A stretch of 64,000 bases of DNA. It comes from Parachlamydiales bacterium. GTDB taxonomy: Bacteria; Chlamydiota; Chlamydiia; Chlamydiales; SM23-39. Positions 48,810-58,917 of the stretch are shown here, one piece after another. Location: positions 96,001-160,000 of the forward strand of contig JBNLAH010000005.1 in the NCBI GenBank assembly GCA_050302075.1, written 5' to 3'. Position 1 is the first letter of the stretch. Every line of letters begins with the position of its first letter. The notes beneath the pieces were generated by a model that did no database searches, was not told the DNA's origin, and was given only the letters and a program-made list of their open reading frames with translations. The translations under genes were made by a program, and so were the position numbers.

Positions 48810-49160
48810 TTAAGAAAGAAATTCTCTTAAAAGTTTAATCTCCGATTTAGGAATTATCTTATTTGCTTTGATTGTATCATTATAAGGAATCCTCTTTGAA
48901 GCTTCGGTTATTTTATATTCAAGAGAATCTTTAAGAACTAAAATTCTTTGATAAGAGCGGTTGTTCATAATACTATTCATATCGCTATAAGTAACTTTTA
49001 ATGAAGAAAAGTCGCTGATCATATTTGTGATCATAGTATCAATGGTATTTATTGTAGTCTTTTTTTTTGAATCAAGAATGTCTAACACTTCCTTTAATTT
49101 TAATCTTAACACCTCTACTTGTCTCGTGACGGAGTTGTTATGTTGAGCTTCAGATATCAT
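48810..49160 (-). CDS. Hypothetical protein
   Basis: 116-aa ORF with SD AAGGA; no recognised motif. Confidence 0.55.
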   Translation of the reverse strand: MISEAQHNNSVTRQVEVLRLKLKEVLDILDSKKKTTINTIDTMITNMISDFSSLKVTYSDMNSIMNNRSYQRILVLKDSLEYKITEASKRIPYNDTIKANKIIPKSEIKLLREFLS

Positions 49161-49377
49161 ATTTTTTCCTTTGTAAATGTAGTTAAAAATTTTTTTATAT
49201 ATCTAAAATTAAATAAAAACAATTATTAAATGATTAAGTGTTCTAAGTGATTGTTTAGTAGTAACTAATGCGTTGCAATTTTTTGATACATATAGTTATG
49301 AACTTATTCATAAGATTGATCTTTAATTGCTTTTCATGTTATTTTTTATTAGTTTTCTTTGGGGTATCTCTAAAAAA

Positions 49378-50685
49378 ATGAAAATTGCACTTGTCGGAAG
49401 ACCTAATGTAGGCAAATCAGCTCTATTTAACCGGATCTGTCAGAAACGAATTTCTATTGTGGAAGATGTTGAAGGGGTAACTCGTGATCGAATTTATGCT
49501 AAAGCTGAGATAAATAATAAAGAATTTGAATTGATCGACACAGGAGGAATCTCGTTTGAGAAGAACATGCCTTTTATCGATCAGATTAGGATGCAGGCTG
49601 AGATTGCCATTGAAGAGGCTGATGGTATTATCATGGTCGTAGACTTAAAGGCTAATGCTCAACTTTTAGATAAAGAGATAGCCAAAATACTTTTAGCTAC
49701 TAAGAAACCTGTCATCTTAGCTATCAATAAAGCCGATGATCAAACTGTTAAATACGATCTTTTTAGCTTTTATGAGTTAGGAATAGAGAATTTATTAGCT
49801 GTCTCCGCCATACATGGACACAATGTTTTTGATTTGATTGCAAAAATGTTTGAACTAGTTCCTTTTGAAGCTGATGAAAAAGAAGAAGAGAAAAGTGTAA
49901 ATGTAGCTGTTATCGGTCGAGCAAATGTTGGTAAATCCACATTATTAAATGCAATGCTCGGTAGTGAAAGATGTATTGTATCTCCAATAGCCGGAACAAC
50001 AAGAGATGCTGTTGATGTTTTATTAGAGCATAATAAAGAAAATTTTCTATTTATTGATACAGCTGGCATTAGACGAAAACATAAAGAAAAAGAAACAATT
50101 GAAAAATTCTCATCTCTTCGAACACAAAATGCACTAAAAAGAGCGGATATCTGTATACTTGTTCTAGATGTAAATGAGGGGATGACAACCCAGGAAAAGA
50201 GAATTCTAAAAGAAATTGAAACTCTGGGCAAAGGATGTATTATTTTTATTAATAAATGGGATTGCATTAAAGGGCACCGCATGGAGCACTGCATTTTATC
50301 TATTAAAAATGAATACTCACCTGCTAAAAATTTTCCAATCATTGTTGGCTCTGCAAAAGAAAAACGAAATATTGATAAAGTGTTTCAAAGTCTTTTAGAT
50401 CTAAAACTACAAATCCAAAGAAAAATCTCAACTCCTGAGTTAAACCGATTTATTGAAAAGAGCATGCAAAGAACCCATCCACCAATGATAAAAGGAAAAA
50501 GACTTAGAGTCTTTTATATGGTTCAGAAGACAACTCATCCAAAAAAGTTCATTTTATTTGTTAACTATCCCAATTTAATGACAAAAGCCTATAAGCAATA
50601 TCTAATAAATTCCTTAAAAGATACTTTTTCGCTCATCGGCTGTCCAATTGAGTTTACTTTAAGAGCTAGAATGTTGCATAAGTAG
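49378..50685 (+). CDS. der: Ribosome biogenesis GTPase Der (EngA)
   Basis: Two G-domains, GRPNVGKS/DTGG/NKAD and GRANVGKS/DTAG/NKWD; ATG 49378. Confidence 0.98.
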   Translation: MKIALVGRPNVGKSALFNRICQKRISIVEDVEGVTRDRIYAKAEINNKEFELIDTGGISFEKNMPFIDQIRMQAEIAIEEADGIIMVVDLKANAQLLDKEIAKILLATKKPVILAINKADDQTVKYDLFSFYELGIENLLAVSAIHGHNVFDLIAKMFELVPFEADEKEEEKSVNVAVIGRANVGKSTLLNAMLGSERCIVSPIAGTTRDAVDVLLEHNKENFLFIDTAGIRRKHKEKETIEKFSSLRTQNALKRADICILVLDVNEGMTTQEKRILKEIETLGKGCIIFINKWDCIKGHRMEHCILSIKNEYSPAKNFPIIVGSAKEKRNIDKVFQSLLDLKLQIQRKISTPELNRFIEKSMQRTHPPMIKGKRLRVFYMVQKTTHPKKFILFVNYPNLMTKAYKQYLINSLKDTFSLIGCPIEFTLRARMLHK

Positions 50686-50720
50686 CTTTTTATCTTTCTT
50701 CGGCATATAAATGTTATATT

Positions 50721-52466
50721 ATGAAGAAAAAAGAAGAGACGCTTTCTTTGCTCCCTTTTGTCAAAGAAATTAAGCGTTACCATTTATCTACTTTCCGATC
50801 TGATTTATATGCTGCATTTGCAGTCGCATTGCTTGCTATTCCTCAGTCAATTGCGTATTCATTACTAGCTGGACTTCCACCAATAGCTGGTTTTTATTCA
50901 GCCATTTTTGGAACAATTTTTGCGTCTACTTTTGGCTCTTCAAGACATCTTATATCAGGGCCTACAACAGGGGTCGCAATCCTAATTCAAACAACTATTT
51001 TTGATACTCTACAAAACTACTTCCCGGATGCCGTAGGGGCTGAAAGGCAGCAGCTGGTTATTTTAATTTTAACACATATTGTGTTCATTATTGCAGCGGT
51101 TCAAATTTTTAGCGCATTTTTTAATGTAGGTAAGCTGCTACAGTTTGTATCAAGGTCGGTAGTGCTTGGGTATTTTGCTGGGATAACGTTAGCTATTTTA
51201 GCAAACCAGCTATATTATTTTGCTGGAGTTGAATTAGGTAAAGAAGAACTGTTAATTTTTCGCTTGGCATATTTTTTTACAAATCTAAAAGCGATTAAAG
51301 TCGGGTCAATAATTGTTGGGCTTGTAACACTTTTCCTTTTGATTTTTGTGAAAAAGAAGTTGCCTAAGTATCCAGATGCATTAATTGCTTTAGTTGTAGG
51401 TAGCATTGTTGCAGTATTAATAAACAATTATTTTACTAAAGAGTTCAGCGTTAAGACGTTTGCAAGTACAACGGATTCTCAGTCACCTAGCTTGCTAGTT
51501 AGTTTTCCTATTTTGCAGCTCAAAATTTTTAAAGAGGTTTTTTTCTCTTCTGTTGCAGTTGCTTTTGTTGCTATTTTGGAGGTTTTTTCAGTTTCTAGGA
51601 ATTTAGCAGCTAAGAGCGGACAAAATGTTCGCTCCAACCAGGAAGTTTTTGGTCTTGGGATCAGCAACTTTATCCTTTCCTTTTTTCTATATGTAATCCC
51701 AGCATCTGGGAGTGCTTCGAGGAGTGTCCTAAATTATGAGAGTGGGGCTAAGACAAGGTTCTCTGCAGTGTTAAGTGGAGTTTTGATTGCAATTTTGATC
51801 TTAGTTTTTTGGCCCTTAATTCGAGTGATTCCATTTGCATCGCTTGCCGCTATTTTACTTTTCACATCAATCAAACTGATTAACTATGAGAGTGTGAAAT
51901 TATGCTTTAGAGCGTCGAGGGGAGATGCGATTGTATACATTTTGACAATGGCATCATGTCTGGTATTCAACTTGGACATTGCTTTTTTTGTAGGAATTGT
52001 TATTTCGATTATTTTTTATCTTAAGCGCTCCGCTGAGCCTCACCAAGTTGAGTATGCTTTTGATTCAGCTGGTCGGCTTGCTGTTGTCAGCCCTGATGAA
52101 AAAAAACGAAGAAAAGTTAGGATTATTGGAGTATCTGGAGAGCTATTTTTTGGGACTGTAGACCTCTTTCAAAATACAATGCGGACAATTGCAAAAGATC
52201 AGCATGTTAAAGTGATTGTTCTCCGGTTAACTGGAGTTTATCATGTCGATGCTTCTATGTGTCTGGCCATATTGATGGTGTATGATTATTTGAAGACAAC
52301 AAAAAGGTATCTTGTTATCAGCGGTATTACCCAAGAGGTATGGGCTGTTTTTTCCAAAACTAGCCTCATCAAAAAAATTGGAGTTGAAAATTTATTTTTA
52401 TCTGATGAAGCCTCTCCGCAATTATCAACTTGGAAAGCCTGCTTAAGAGCGCAAGACTTACTTTAA
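50721..52466 (+). CDS. SulP family anion permease with STAS domain
   Basis: AIPQSIAYSLLAGLPP, GSSRHLISGPT, NQEVFGLG, GELFFG STAS. Confidence 0.95.
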   Translation: MKKKEETLSLLPFVKEIKRYHLSTFRSDLYAAFAVALLAIPQSIAYSLLAGLPPIAGFYSAIFGTIFASTFGSSRHLISGPTTGVAILIQTTIFDTLQNYFPDAVGAERQQLVILILTHIVFIIAAVQIFSAFFNVGKLLQFVSRSVVLGYFAGITLAILANQLYYFAGVELGKEELLIFRLAYFFTNLKAIKVGSIIVGLVTLFLLIFVKKKLPKYPDALIALVVGSIVAVLINNYFTKEFSVKTFASTTDSQSPSLLVSFPILQLKIFKEVFFSSVAVAFVAILEVFSVSRNLAAKSGQNVRSNQEVFGLGISNFILSFFLYVIPASGSASRSVLNYESGAKTRFSAVLSGVLIAILILVFWPLIRVIPFASLAAILLFTSIKLINYESVKLCFRASRGDAIVYILTMASCLVFNLDIAFFVGIVISIIFYLKRSAEPHQVEYAFDSAGRLAVVSPDEKKRRKVRIIGVSGELFFGTVDLFQNTMRTIAKDQHVKVIVLRLTGVYHVDASMCLAILMVYDYLKTTKRYLVISGITQEVWAVFSKTSLIKKIGVENLFLSDEASPQLSTWKACLRAQDLL

Positions 52467-52540
52467 AAAATCATTTTTTCTATTAGATTTAAATTTAATC
52501 AAAAATATAAGCTGCTAAAAAATTTTGATCAGCAGCTAGG

Positions 52541-53914
52541 ATGGCAATAAACTCGCTCACAAAATACCCAGCAGGTGGAGTTAGAGAGCTTTTATCTCTT
52601 TCAGTACCAATATTCTTCTCAATTATTTCCTCTAATTTGATGCTTTTTTGTGATCGTTACTTTCTTTCTCAATTTTCACTAGAAGCATTCAATGCGATCG
52701 GAGTTACCAGTTACTTAGTTCTTTTGTTTCAGCTTACATGTATTAGGTTTACTTCGATTAATCAGATTTTTATTGGAAGGTGTTTAGGAGATAATACGGT
52801 TCATAATATTGGGCCTTATACTTGGCAGATGATCTGGGGTTCTTTACTTACATTTTTTATAATAACCCCTATAGGTATAGCGGCATCTGAGCTTTACTTT
52901 ACAAACATTGAAAATGGAAGCTTAGGGAAAACTTATTTTCTGATTATGCTATTTGGGAATTTTCTTTTTCCGCTAGGCGCTGCTTTGGCTGCTTTTCAAC
53001 TAGGTCTTGGGAAGACTAAAATTTTATCAATAGTTGCCCTTATTTCAAATTTTTTAAACATTGTACTAGACTACTACTTGATTAATGGAATATCAAATCT
53101 TTTAGATCCTATGGGAATTAAAGGGGCGGCAATTGCAACTTTAATCTCTCAAGGAATTTACTGTTTCATTTTGTTTCTTCTATTTATTAATCACCCACTT
53201 AAAAATAATTATAAGACAAGAGATTTTTATTTTCGCCCTGCTCTTTTCAAGGAAAGCTCTTTAGTAGGTTTTAATGGTGCATTTTCTAAGGTTGTGGGTT
53301 TTTCTGCTTGGACTATTTCCATGAACATAGCAGCAAGTAAAGGGGCTGATTATATAACCCTTATTTCATTCGGATCGACAGTTTGTATATTACTTTCTAT
53401 TATTATTGAACCTATATTAAATGGTGGGACTATACTTTTTAGTTATTTCTTGGGTCAGAATAATTGGGAATGTATTTGGAAAAGCTTTAGATCAGGAGTT
53501 ATTCTTATAATAATGGCGTTTGGATTGCTGACCATTCCTTTTGTCATATATAACCGTTTATTAATAGATGCCATAATTGGCACAAGTATCAATAAAACTA
53601 CTTTTGAATTTCTTCGTTTGGGTTGCTATTGGCTCTGGGTTTATTTTCTAATACATGGGAATAGTTTTCTTTCTTTGCACCTTATCTTAGCTATGAAAGA
53701 AGTTTTCTTTTTGTTTAAGGTAGTTATTCCACTCTCTTTTTTCTCAACATATCTGCCTTTTTATTTATCATTTAAAATTTGGAATCTAAATCCGGATAAA
53801 ATTTGGGTAGTTCCGTGGGTAAATTTTGTAGCTAGTGGTTTAATTTACTTTCTTAAAATCTTTAGATCATATAAAAAATCTCAAAAAATTATCTTTCAGG
53901 AAAATTCTATTTGA
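52541..53914 (+). CDS. MATE family efflux transporter
   Basis: About 12 TM segments, DRYFLS, NIVLDY, MGIKGAAIATLISQ. Confidence 0.9.
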   Translation: MAINSLTKYPAGGVRELLSLSVPIFFSIISSNLMLFCDRYFLSQFSLEAFNAIGVTSYLVLLFQLTCIRFTSINQIFIGRCLGDNTVHNIGPYTWQMIWGSLLTFFIITPIGIAASELYFTNIENGSLGKTYFLIMLFGNFLFPLGAALAAFQLGLGKTKILSIVALISNFLNIVLDYYLINGISNLLDPMGIKGAAIATLISQGIYCFILFLLFINHPLKNNYKTRDFYFRPALFKESSLVGFNGAFSKVVGFSAWTISMNIAASKGADYITLISFGSTVCILLSIIIEPILNGGTILFSYFLGQNNWECIWKSFRSGVILIIMAFGLLTIPFVIYNRLLIDAIIGTSINKTTFEFLRLGCYWLWVYFLIHGNSFLSLHLILAMKEVFFLFKVVIPLSFFSTYLPFYLSFKIWNLNPDKIWVVPWVNFVASGLIYFLKIFRSYKKSQKIIFQENSI

Positions 53915-53956
53915 AATTTTTTTGAGATAAATTCAAGATACTGACTTTCCAATAAA

Positions 53957-54517
53957 ATGGAGTCTATTATGAAAAATACTTTAGTTAAGACACTAATAAT
54001 AGCAGCATTACTTTTATGCTCTAACCTAAGAGCAAAAGCAAATAGTTGCATGGCCACATTAAAAAAGGTCAAGATGCAAAAAAGCTTTTACATAAGCAAA
54101 AGTAACTACAACCATCAGCTTGCTCGAATGTATGGTTTGCAAAATAGAGAGAATTTAAAGGCCTATCATGTAGGTTCTAAATTTTTTGACCCTTCACATA
54201 AAGTTCCGACAGTAGAAAATCTTGCGGATAGCATTAAGTCTCATCCATATTTTATAGGCAGCTTTGCAAATGAGCCTAGCTACGATGAATACATCAGCCT
54301 CAAAGCTAAAGTAAAGCATCCGTTCTTTATTTTAGAAACACGTCAAAATGAAAGAAGTGATTTTTATATGGTGCACTCAAAAGGAGTTCGTCATTTTTCA
54401 ATTAAATCCTTAAATAAAATTGATAAAAATAGCATGGCTAGTATAGATAACTCAGTTGTTATAGATTATCCTGATTTATTATCTTTTATTAAGTGCACTC
54501 TTAACATTCCATGTTAA
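53957..54517 (+). CDS. Hypothetical exported protein (start may be 53969)
   Basis: Signal-peptide-like MKNTLVKTLIIAALLLCSNLRAKA. Confidence 0.6.
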   Translation: MESIMKNTLVKTLIIAALLLCSNLRAKANSCMATLKKVKMQKSFYISKSNYNHQLARMYGLQNRENLKAYHVGSKFFDPSHKVPTVENLADSIKSHPYFIGSFANEPSYDEYISLKAKVKHPFFILETRQNERSDFYMVHSKGVRHFSIKSLNKIDKNSMASIDNSVVIDYPDLLSFIKCTLNIPC

Positions 54518-54535
54518 CGAGAAAATAAAAACTTT

Positions 54536-54573
54536 AAAGAGACTTTATTTAAATTTTTAAATAAAGTCTCTTT
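54536..54573. terminator. Perfect 18-bp inverted repeat between convergent genes
   Basis: AAAGAGACTTTATTTAAA-TT-TTTAAATAAAGTCTCTTT. Confidence 0.7.
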
Positions 54574-54595
54574 TTTCTTAGAAAACATAAGTCTA

Positions 54596-57457
54596 TTATT
54601 TTTTGTAACAATTGCGAATGTCAAATGATTGTGAATTTCCAACATTAATATCGAAGACATCCGATTGAATTAACGAATAAATTGAAGTAGAAACAAGTGG
54701 AATAAGAGGCTTTTCGTCATAAAGTATCTTTTCAGCTTGTTTGTAGAGGCTTTTGCGAGTCTTTAAACAAGAAGTTTTTTGAATTAATTGAATCAGATCA
54801 TTAATTTCCAGGCTATTCCAACTGGCATAATTAATAATATTTCCTAGAGATGAAAAAGAGTTAAGAAAATAACTTGGATCCTGAACTTTATTGATCCAGC
54901 CATATATGTAGAGGCTAATTTGCCTATTACGAATCATTGATAAATATTTAGAGGATTTAACTACGGTAGGTTCGATATTTATATCAAATAGGTCATTTAG
55001 TTGTTTTGCAATAAGCTTTTCAAGTCCTCGAGAATGAACGGTTGCATAAATTTTTTCTTGGTTAAATATGTCAGGTTTTAGTTTCATTTCTTCAAGAGCT
55101 TCAAAAAAAAGTTTTTTTGCAAGTATTTGGTTTTCAACTTCAGATTCTTTTAGGTTTAACTGACTAAACTCAGGTGAATAAGGAGCATAATAAGGTTGAG
55201 ATATATTTGAAAAGGCGTTTGCTAACTCTTCTCTTTGAATGGCTAATGAAAGTGCTGATCTCATTTTTTTATTGGAATAAAGAAACTTTTGGCAATCAAA
55301 ACTAAAGTATCTTACCTCTGTAACATATCTTTTTTTCTGAACTCTTGGAGAATTTAGTAAAGATGAAGATTGTTTTTTGCAAAAAGGATAAAGTAGTGCG
55401 TCAAGTTTCTTTTCTTGAAAAAGTAATTGGGATTCTTCTTCTGTTGTACTAGAAATAATGATCCTTTCAAGTTTGACTTTTTCGTTTTCCCAGAAAAGAT
55501 GATTCTTCTTTAAGATAATTTTTTTATTGCTAAGCGAATCAATAGTGAATGCTCCATTACATGGATATGTTGTACCTAAAGACTTTGGCCAGCTAGGGTT
55601 ATCGATGTCGACTGATTTGCAAACTGGAGAAAAAGCAGAATGTGCACAAAGTTCTAGAAAATAAGGACACGGGTAGTCAAGTTTTACCTCTAAAGTCAAA
55701 TCATCAATTGCTTTAATACCAAGCTCTGAAGAGGGTAGTTTTCCTTCTTTAACTGCTTTGGCGTTTTCTATCGGGTAAAATAAGTAACTCAAAGGGGAGG
55801 AAAAGTCAGGTTTTAAGCTAGTATTCCAGCTATAGGCAAAGTCATGAGCTGTTAATGGCATTTCATTTGACCAGTAACTTTTTCTTAAATGGAAGCGATA
55901 TATAAGTCCCGATTTTGAAATCTCAATTTTCTTTGCAATTGCATTTTCAGGTTTTCCATTTTTACCAATTTTTGTAAGTCCCTCAAAGAGCATTTTGAGT
56001 AAGCAGCTTGGTTCTTCTTCAGTTCCAATCCTTGGGTCAAATGAGGAAAGCTTGGTCGTTAAACTTAATTTCAAGACTTGCTTGAGTTCTTTTTTTTCTT
56101 TCCAATGGTTATAAAATGAAAGAGTTAAGCTTTTAAGTAGTTCACTTTCTAGTCCGGTTTTTTGAAGTGCACAGCTTATAGCAGATATTTCATTCGTGAC
56201 GCTAGAAGCGATAAGAACCTCTGGAAATTTGCTTAGTACGAGATGCTTGAATTCCTTTTCAAAACCTAAATTAATGGTCCTAATTGTAATGCAAATGCTG
56301 TCTTCATCTTCTTTAACAAAATAATCTATTTCTTTTTCAAGACTTCTTCTATTCATTGAAGCAAATACTTTTTTCAGCAATGAAATTGAAGCGGTTGCTT
56401 GCCTTTCTTGAGGATAGATCCCATAGAAAAAGCTTTCTAAAGTTTCGATGGGAGCTTTTATTTCCTTGCAAAGGAGCTTAAAATTATTTTCGATTGTTTC
56501 TAACAAGCCCCCATTGACATCACGAATAGATCCGAGAAGGCTTTCAATAAGAAGGAATACTTTTTTGCGAGCTTCTATAATTGATGATGCAGCTTCAGTT
56601 GCAATCTCAACAGTTAACATAACTCCATCTTTATGATAGCTTTTTGCTTTTAAAGTATTTGAAGCTTCAATGTGAATATCAGGATTACTTAACTTCTTTT
56701 TAAGATGGTCTTTATTTAATTCTCTAGGAGCGCAAATAAGGGCCGAGAACTGAAAACTACTTTCTGTTAGCTTACTAAAATCTATAAAAACTTGAGGGAG
56801 GTCTTTTTTCTTTAGATCATTTATAGCCCACTGAAAGCTTTTAAGCAGCAGCTCACGATTACTTGGAACAATTAATTGTGATTTTGGCCTTCCTAAATAA
56901 TCTTCGATTATTTTTGGAAGGTTATGCTGAAAAGAAGATACTTCTTTTTCTGAGAAAGTATTTTCTTTTTGAACTTCTAAATAGATTTTTGCAGTGTTTT
57001 CTTGTTGGTCGATTATTGATAAAAATGATCCATTTACTAAAGCGATTTCTTTGTAATTTTCTAAGATTAATTTTTTGATGGTGTCGATATCTAAAGAAGA
57101 GTCTCGTATATCAATAAAAAAGCCAAGAACTTCCTTAGTCCTAAATGGAAACCTAAGTATGTGCCTTAATGTATAAAGATTACAGCTTCCTTTAAAAGAT
57201 GCTTGAGAGTAGGACAATTTTTCTAAAAGCCAAACCAATAATTCATCGCTTCTTGTCTCGATGAATGATTTATTTGTGAAACTTAAAAGTTTCATAGTAG
57301 CATCTAGGTAATTCTCAAAATAAAAGGCATTATCATTAAGGTTCCAAAGCAGTTTAAAAATTCTGAGCTTTTCACTCCCAACTTGATTGATGGCTTCTTT
57401 TATATTAAAAATAGAAAAAAATAAATTACTTTTCTTTTTTTTAGGAATTTTTTCCAT
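54596..57457 (-). CDS. Fusion of a ~460-aa uncharacterised N-terminal region with an OppA-like family 5 solute-binding domain
   Basis: C-half: SFDPR, LFEGLT, YRFHLR..WSN..PLTAHDF.YSW, GIKAIDDLTLEVKL, NGAF, AEKILYDEKPLIPL; no signal peptide or lipobox. Confidence 0.85.
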   Translation of the reverse strand: MEKIPKKKKSNLFFSIFNIKEAINQVGSEKLRIFKLLWNLNDNAFYFENYLDATMKLLSFTNKSFIETRSDELLVWLLEKLSYSQASFKGSCNLYTLRHILRFPFRTKEVLGFFIDIRDSSLDIDTIKKLILENYKEIALVNGSFLSIIDQQENTAKIYLEVQKENTFSEKEVSSFQHNLPKIIEDYLGRPKSQLIVPSNRELLLKSFQWAINDLKKKDLPQVFIDFSKLTESSFQFSALICAPRELNKDHLKKKLSNPDIHIEASNTLKAKSYHKDGVMLTVEIATEAASSIIEARKKVFLLIESLLGSIRDVNGGLLETIENNFKLLCKEIKAPIETLESFFYGIYPQERQATASISLLKKVFASMNRRSLEKEIDYFVKEDEDSICITIRTINLGFEKEFKHLVLSKFPEVLIASSVTNEISAISCALQKTGLESELLKSLTLSFYNHWKEKKELKQVLKLSLTTKLSSFDPRIGTEEEPSCLLKMLFEGLTKIGKNGKPENAIAKKIEISKSGLIYRFHLRKSYWSNEMPLTAHDFAYSWNTSLKPDFSSPLSYLFYPIENAKAVKEGKLPSSELGIKAIDDLTLEVKLDYPCPYFLELCAHSAFSPVCKSVDIDNPSWPKSLGTTYPCNGAFTIDSLSNKKIILKKNHLFWENEKVKLERIIISSTTEEESQLLFQEKKLDALLYPFCKKQSSSLLNSPRVQKKRYVTEVRYFSFDCQKFLYSNKKMRSALSLAIQREELANAFSNISQPYYAPYSPEFSQLNLKESEVENQILAKKLFFEALEEMKLKPDIFNQEKIYATVHSRGLEKLIAKQLNDLFDINIEPTVVKSSKYLSMIRNRQISLYIYGWINKVQDPSYFLNSFSSLGNIINYASWNSLEINDLIQLIQKTSCLKTRKSLYKQAEKILYDEKPLIPLVSTSIYSLIQSDVFDINVGNSQSFDIRNCYKK

Positions 57458-57578
57458 GGCAAAAATTTAGTTAAATGCTGCAGTGTATCGATATTCTTAA
57501 AAAATTTGGAGTAAAAAATTGAATGGATGCAGATTTTATTATAAGGCTTTGAAAACCGAATTTTAGATAGATTTTCTT

Positions 57579-57983
57579 CTAATATTTTTTAGGAAGAGAC
57601 TTTTCTTCTGTAGCGGGATCGAATTTATAATCAACGCCATCAATGCGAATAGTTCTATAGACCCAAGGATCACTGTTTTCTCGCATTAAGCGATCACAGC
57701 CCATAATAAATCCTTTGAAAAATCCGTAACGCTTGATTGCGTTTTCCATGTATCTTGAACTAGTTGGTCTAAAGTTGCTTTTAGGGCCATTGGCAGGGGA
57801 GATATTTGATTGGTAAAAAACAATTATTTTATTGGCTATTTTTGCACCGGTAGACTTTTCAGTAAGTTCTTCTTTTGCCCTGTGTTTTTTACTTAACTGA
57901 GATCCTTTTCCCCATGGTTCTTTGTAGTAGTCTTTAGCAAAGACCAAAAATGGAAGCATTAATATTATTAATCTAAAAGCCAT
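57579..57983 (-). CDS. yidD: YidD-like membrane protein insertion efficiency factor
   Basis: FYQSNISP...FRPTSSRY..AIKRYGFFKG..DRLMREN; N-terminal signal-like segment. Confidence 0.75.
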   Translation of the reverse strand: MAFRLIILMLPFLVFAKDYYKEPWGKGSQLSKKHRAKEELTEKSTGAKIANKIIVFYQSNISPANGPKSNFRPTSSRYMENAIKRYGFFKGFIMGCDRLMRENSDPWVYRTIRIDGVDYKFDPATEEKSLPKKY

Positions 57984-58917
57984 ATTGCAAAGAAAACACT
58001 GGAAATAGTTTATAATGGTTCATTATCTTTGTGGCCATACCCTCGTATAACCTTTCGTTATAGTATCTGGCCTCAAGGCCTGCCCCATGAATACCCCCAA
58101 AATACCAACCAAGTTCGAAGCTTGTAGTAATAACACCCGCAGCTATTTCTCCTTTGGAGAAAAAATGGGCGGCAGCCCCAATGAATAATGCATTTATAAA
58201 AAAAGATGTAACAGCTGCTTTTTTTTGTCCTACATAAAGATAGCCAGTTCCAGGTAGCAGAGCATTAAAGCCCTTGGCTTTTGAGATTGATTTTTTATTT
58301 TGTGAATAGCTAGCTATAAGAAAAGATACATCTTTTTCGTAGTCGGTGGATTTTGATAGTTTTTCCATTTGAGGAATGTTGGCATTTAAGAAGGCTTGAG
58401 ATATTTGAATTTTTTTAGCACTTTTAGGAAAGTCCCTATTCAAAAGACTAAATACTTGTTCTGCCATTTGACAGTTTCCGGTTTTTAAATAGCTAGTATG
58501 TAAAATTATCAAAAGGTCGTGGTAAGGAGGAAAAGATTTGTCAACATGAGCCAATTCCGTTTTTTCAAATAAATTGACTACATCATCGTATCTATCACCT
58601 AGAAAATAGCAGAGTAAAATATTGTACTGTATTTCTAAAGCTCTGTCGGAGTCATCTTCTGTAAGAAGAAACTCAGCTCTTTTAAATGTTGAAACAGCTC
58701 TGTAAAGGTCCATCTCTTTAGCAAATCTAATTGCAATGATGTATTCCTTTGCCCATCCTTTTTCCCTATCAGCAGGATCAATAGGGGAGAAAGCAGGTTT
58801 TAGCTTATTGATATAGCTTTCTTCTAGCTGGTGATTTATTTTTGGCTCTATTTTATCTGGAACTCTATAGCATCCGATAGTAAATAAAGTTAGCAAAAAA
58901 AGAGTGATTCTAGTCAT
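57973..58917 (-). CDS. TPR-like lipoprotein with C-terminal hydrophobic region
   Basis: Lipobox LFTIGC, helical YRAVSTFKRA repeats, LPGTGYLYVG followed by hydrophobic helices. Confidence 0.7.
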   Translation of the reverse strand: MTRITLFLLTLFTIGCYRVPDKIEPKINHQLEESYINKLKPAFSPIDPADREKGWAKEYIIAIRFAKEMDLYRAVSTFKRAEFLLTEDDSDRALEIQYNILLCYFLGDRYDDVVNLFEKTELAHVDKSFPPYHDLLIILHTSYLKTGNCQMAEQVFSLLNRDFPKSAKKIQISQAFLNANIPQMEKLSKSTDYEKDVSFLIASYSQNKKSISKAKGFNALLPGTGYLYVGQKKAAVTSFFINALFIGAAAHFFSKGEIAAGVITTSFELGWYFGGIHGAGLEARYYNERLYEGMATKIMNHYKLFPVFSLQYGF

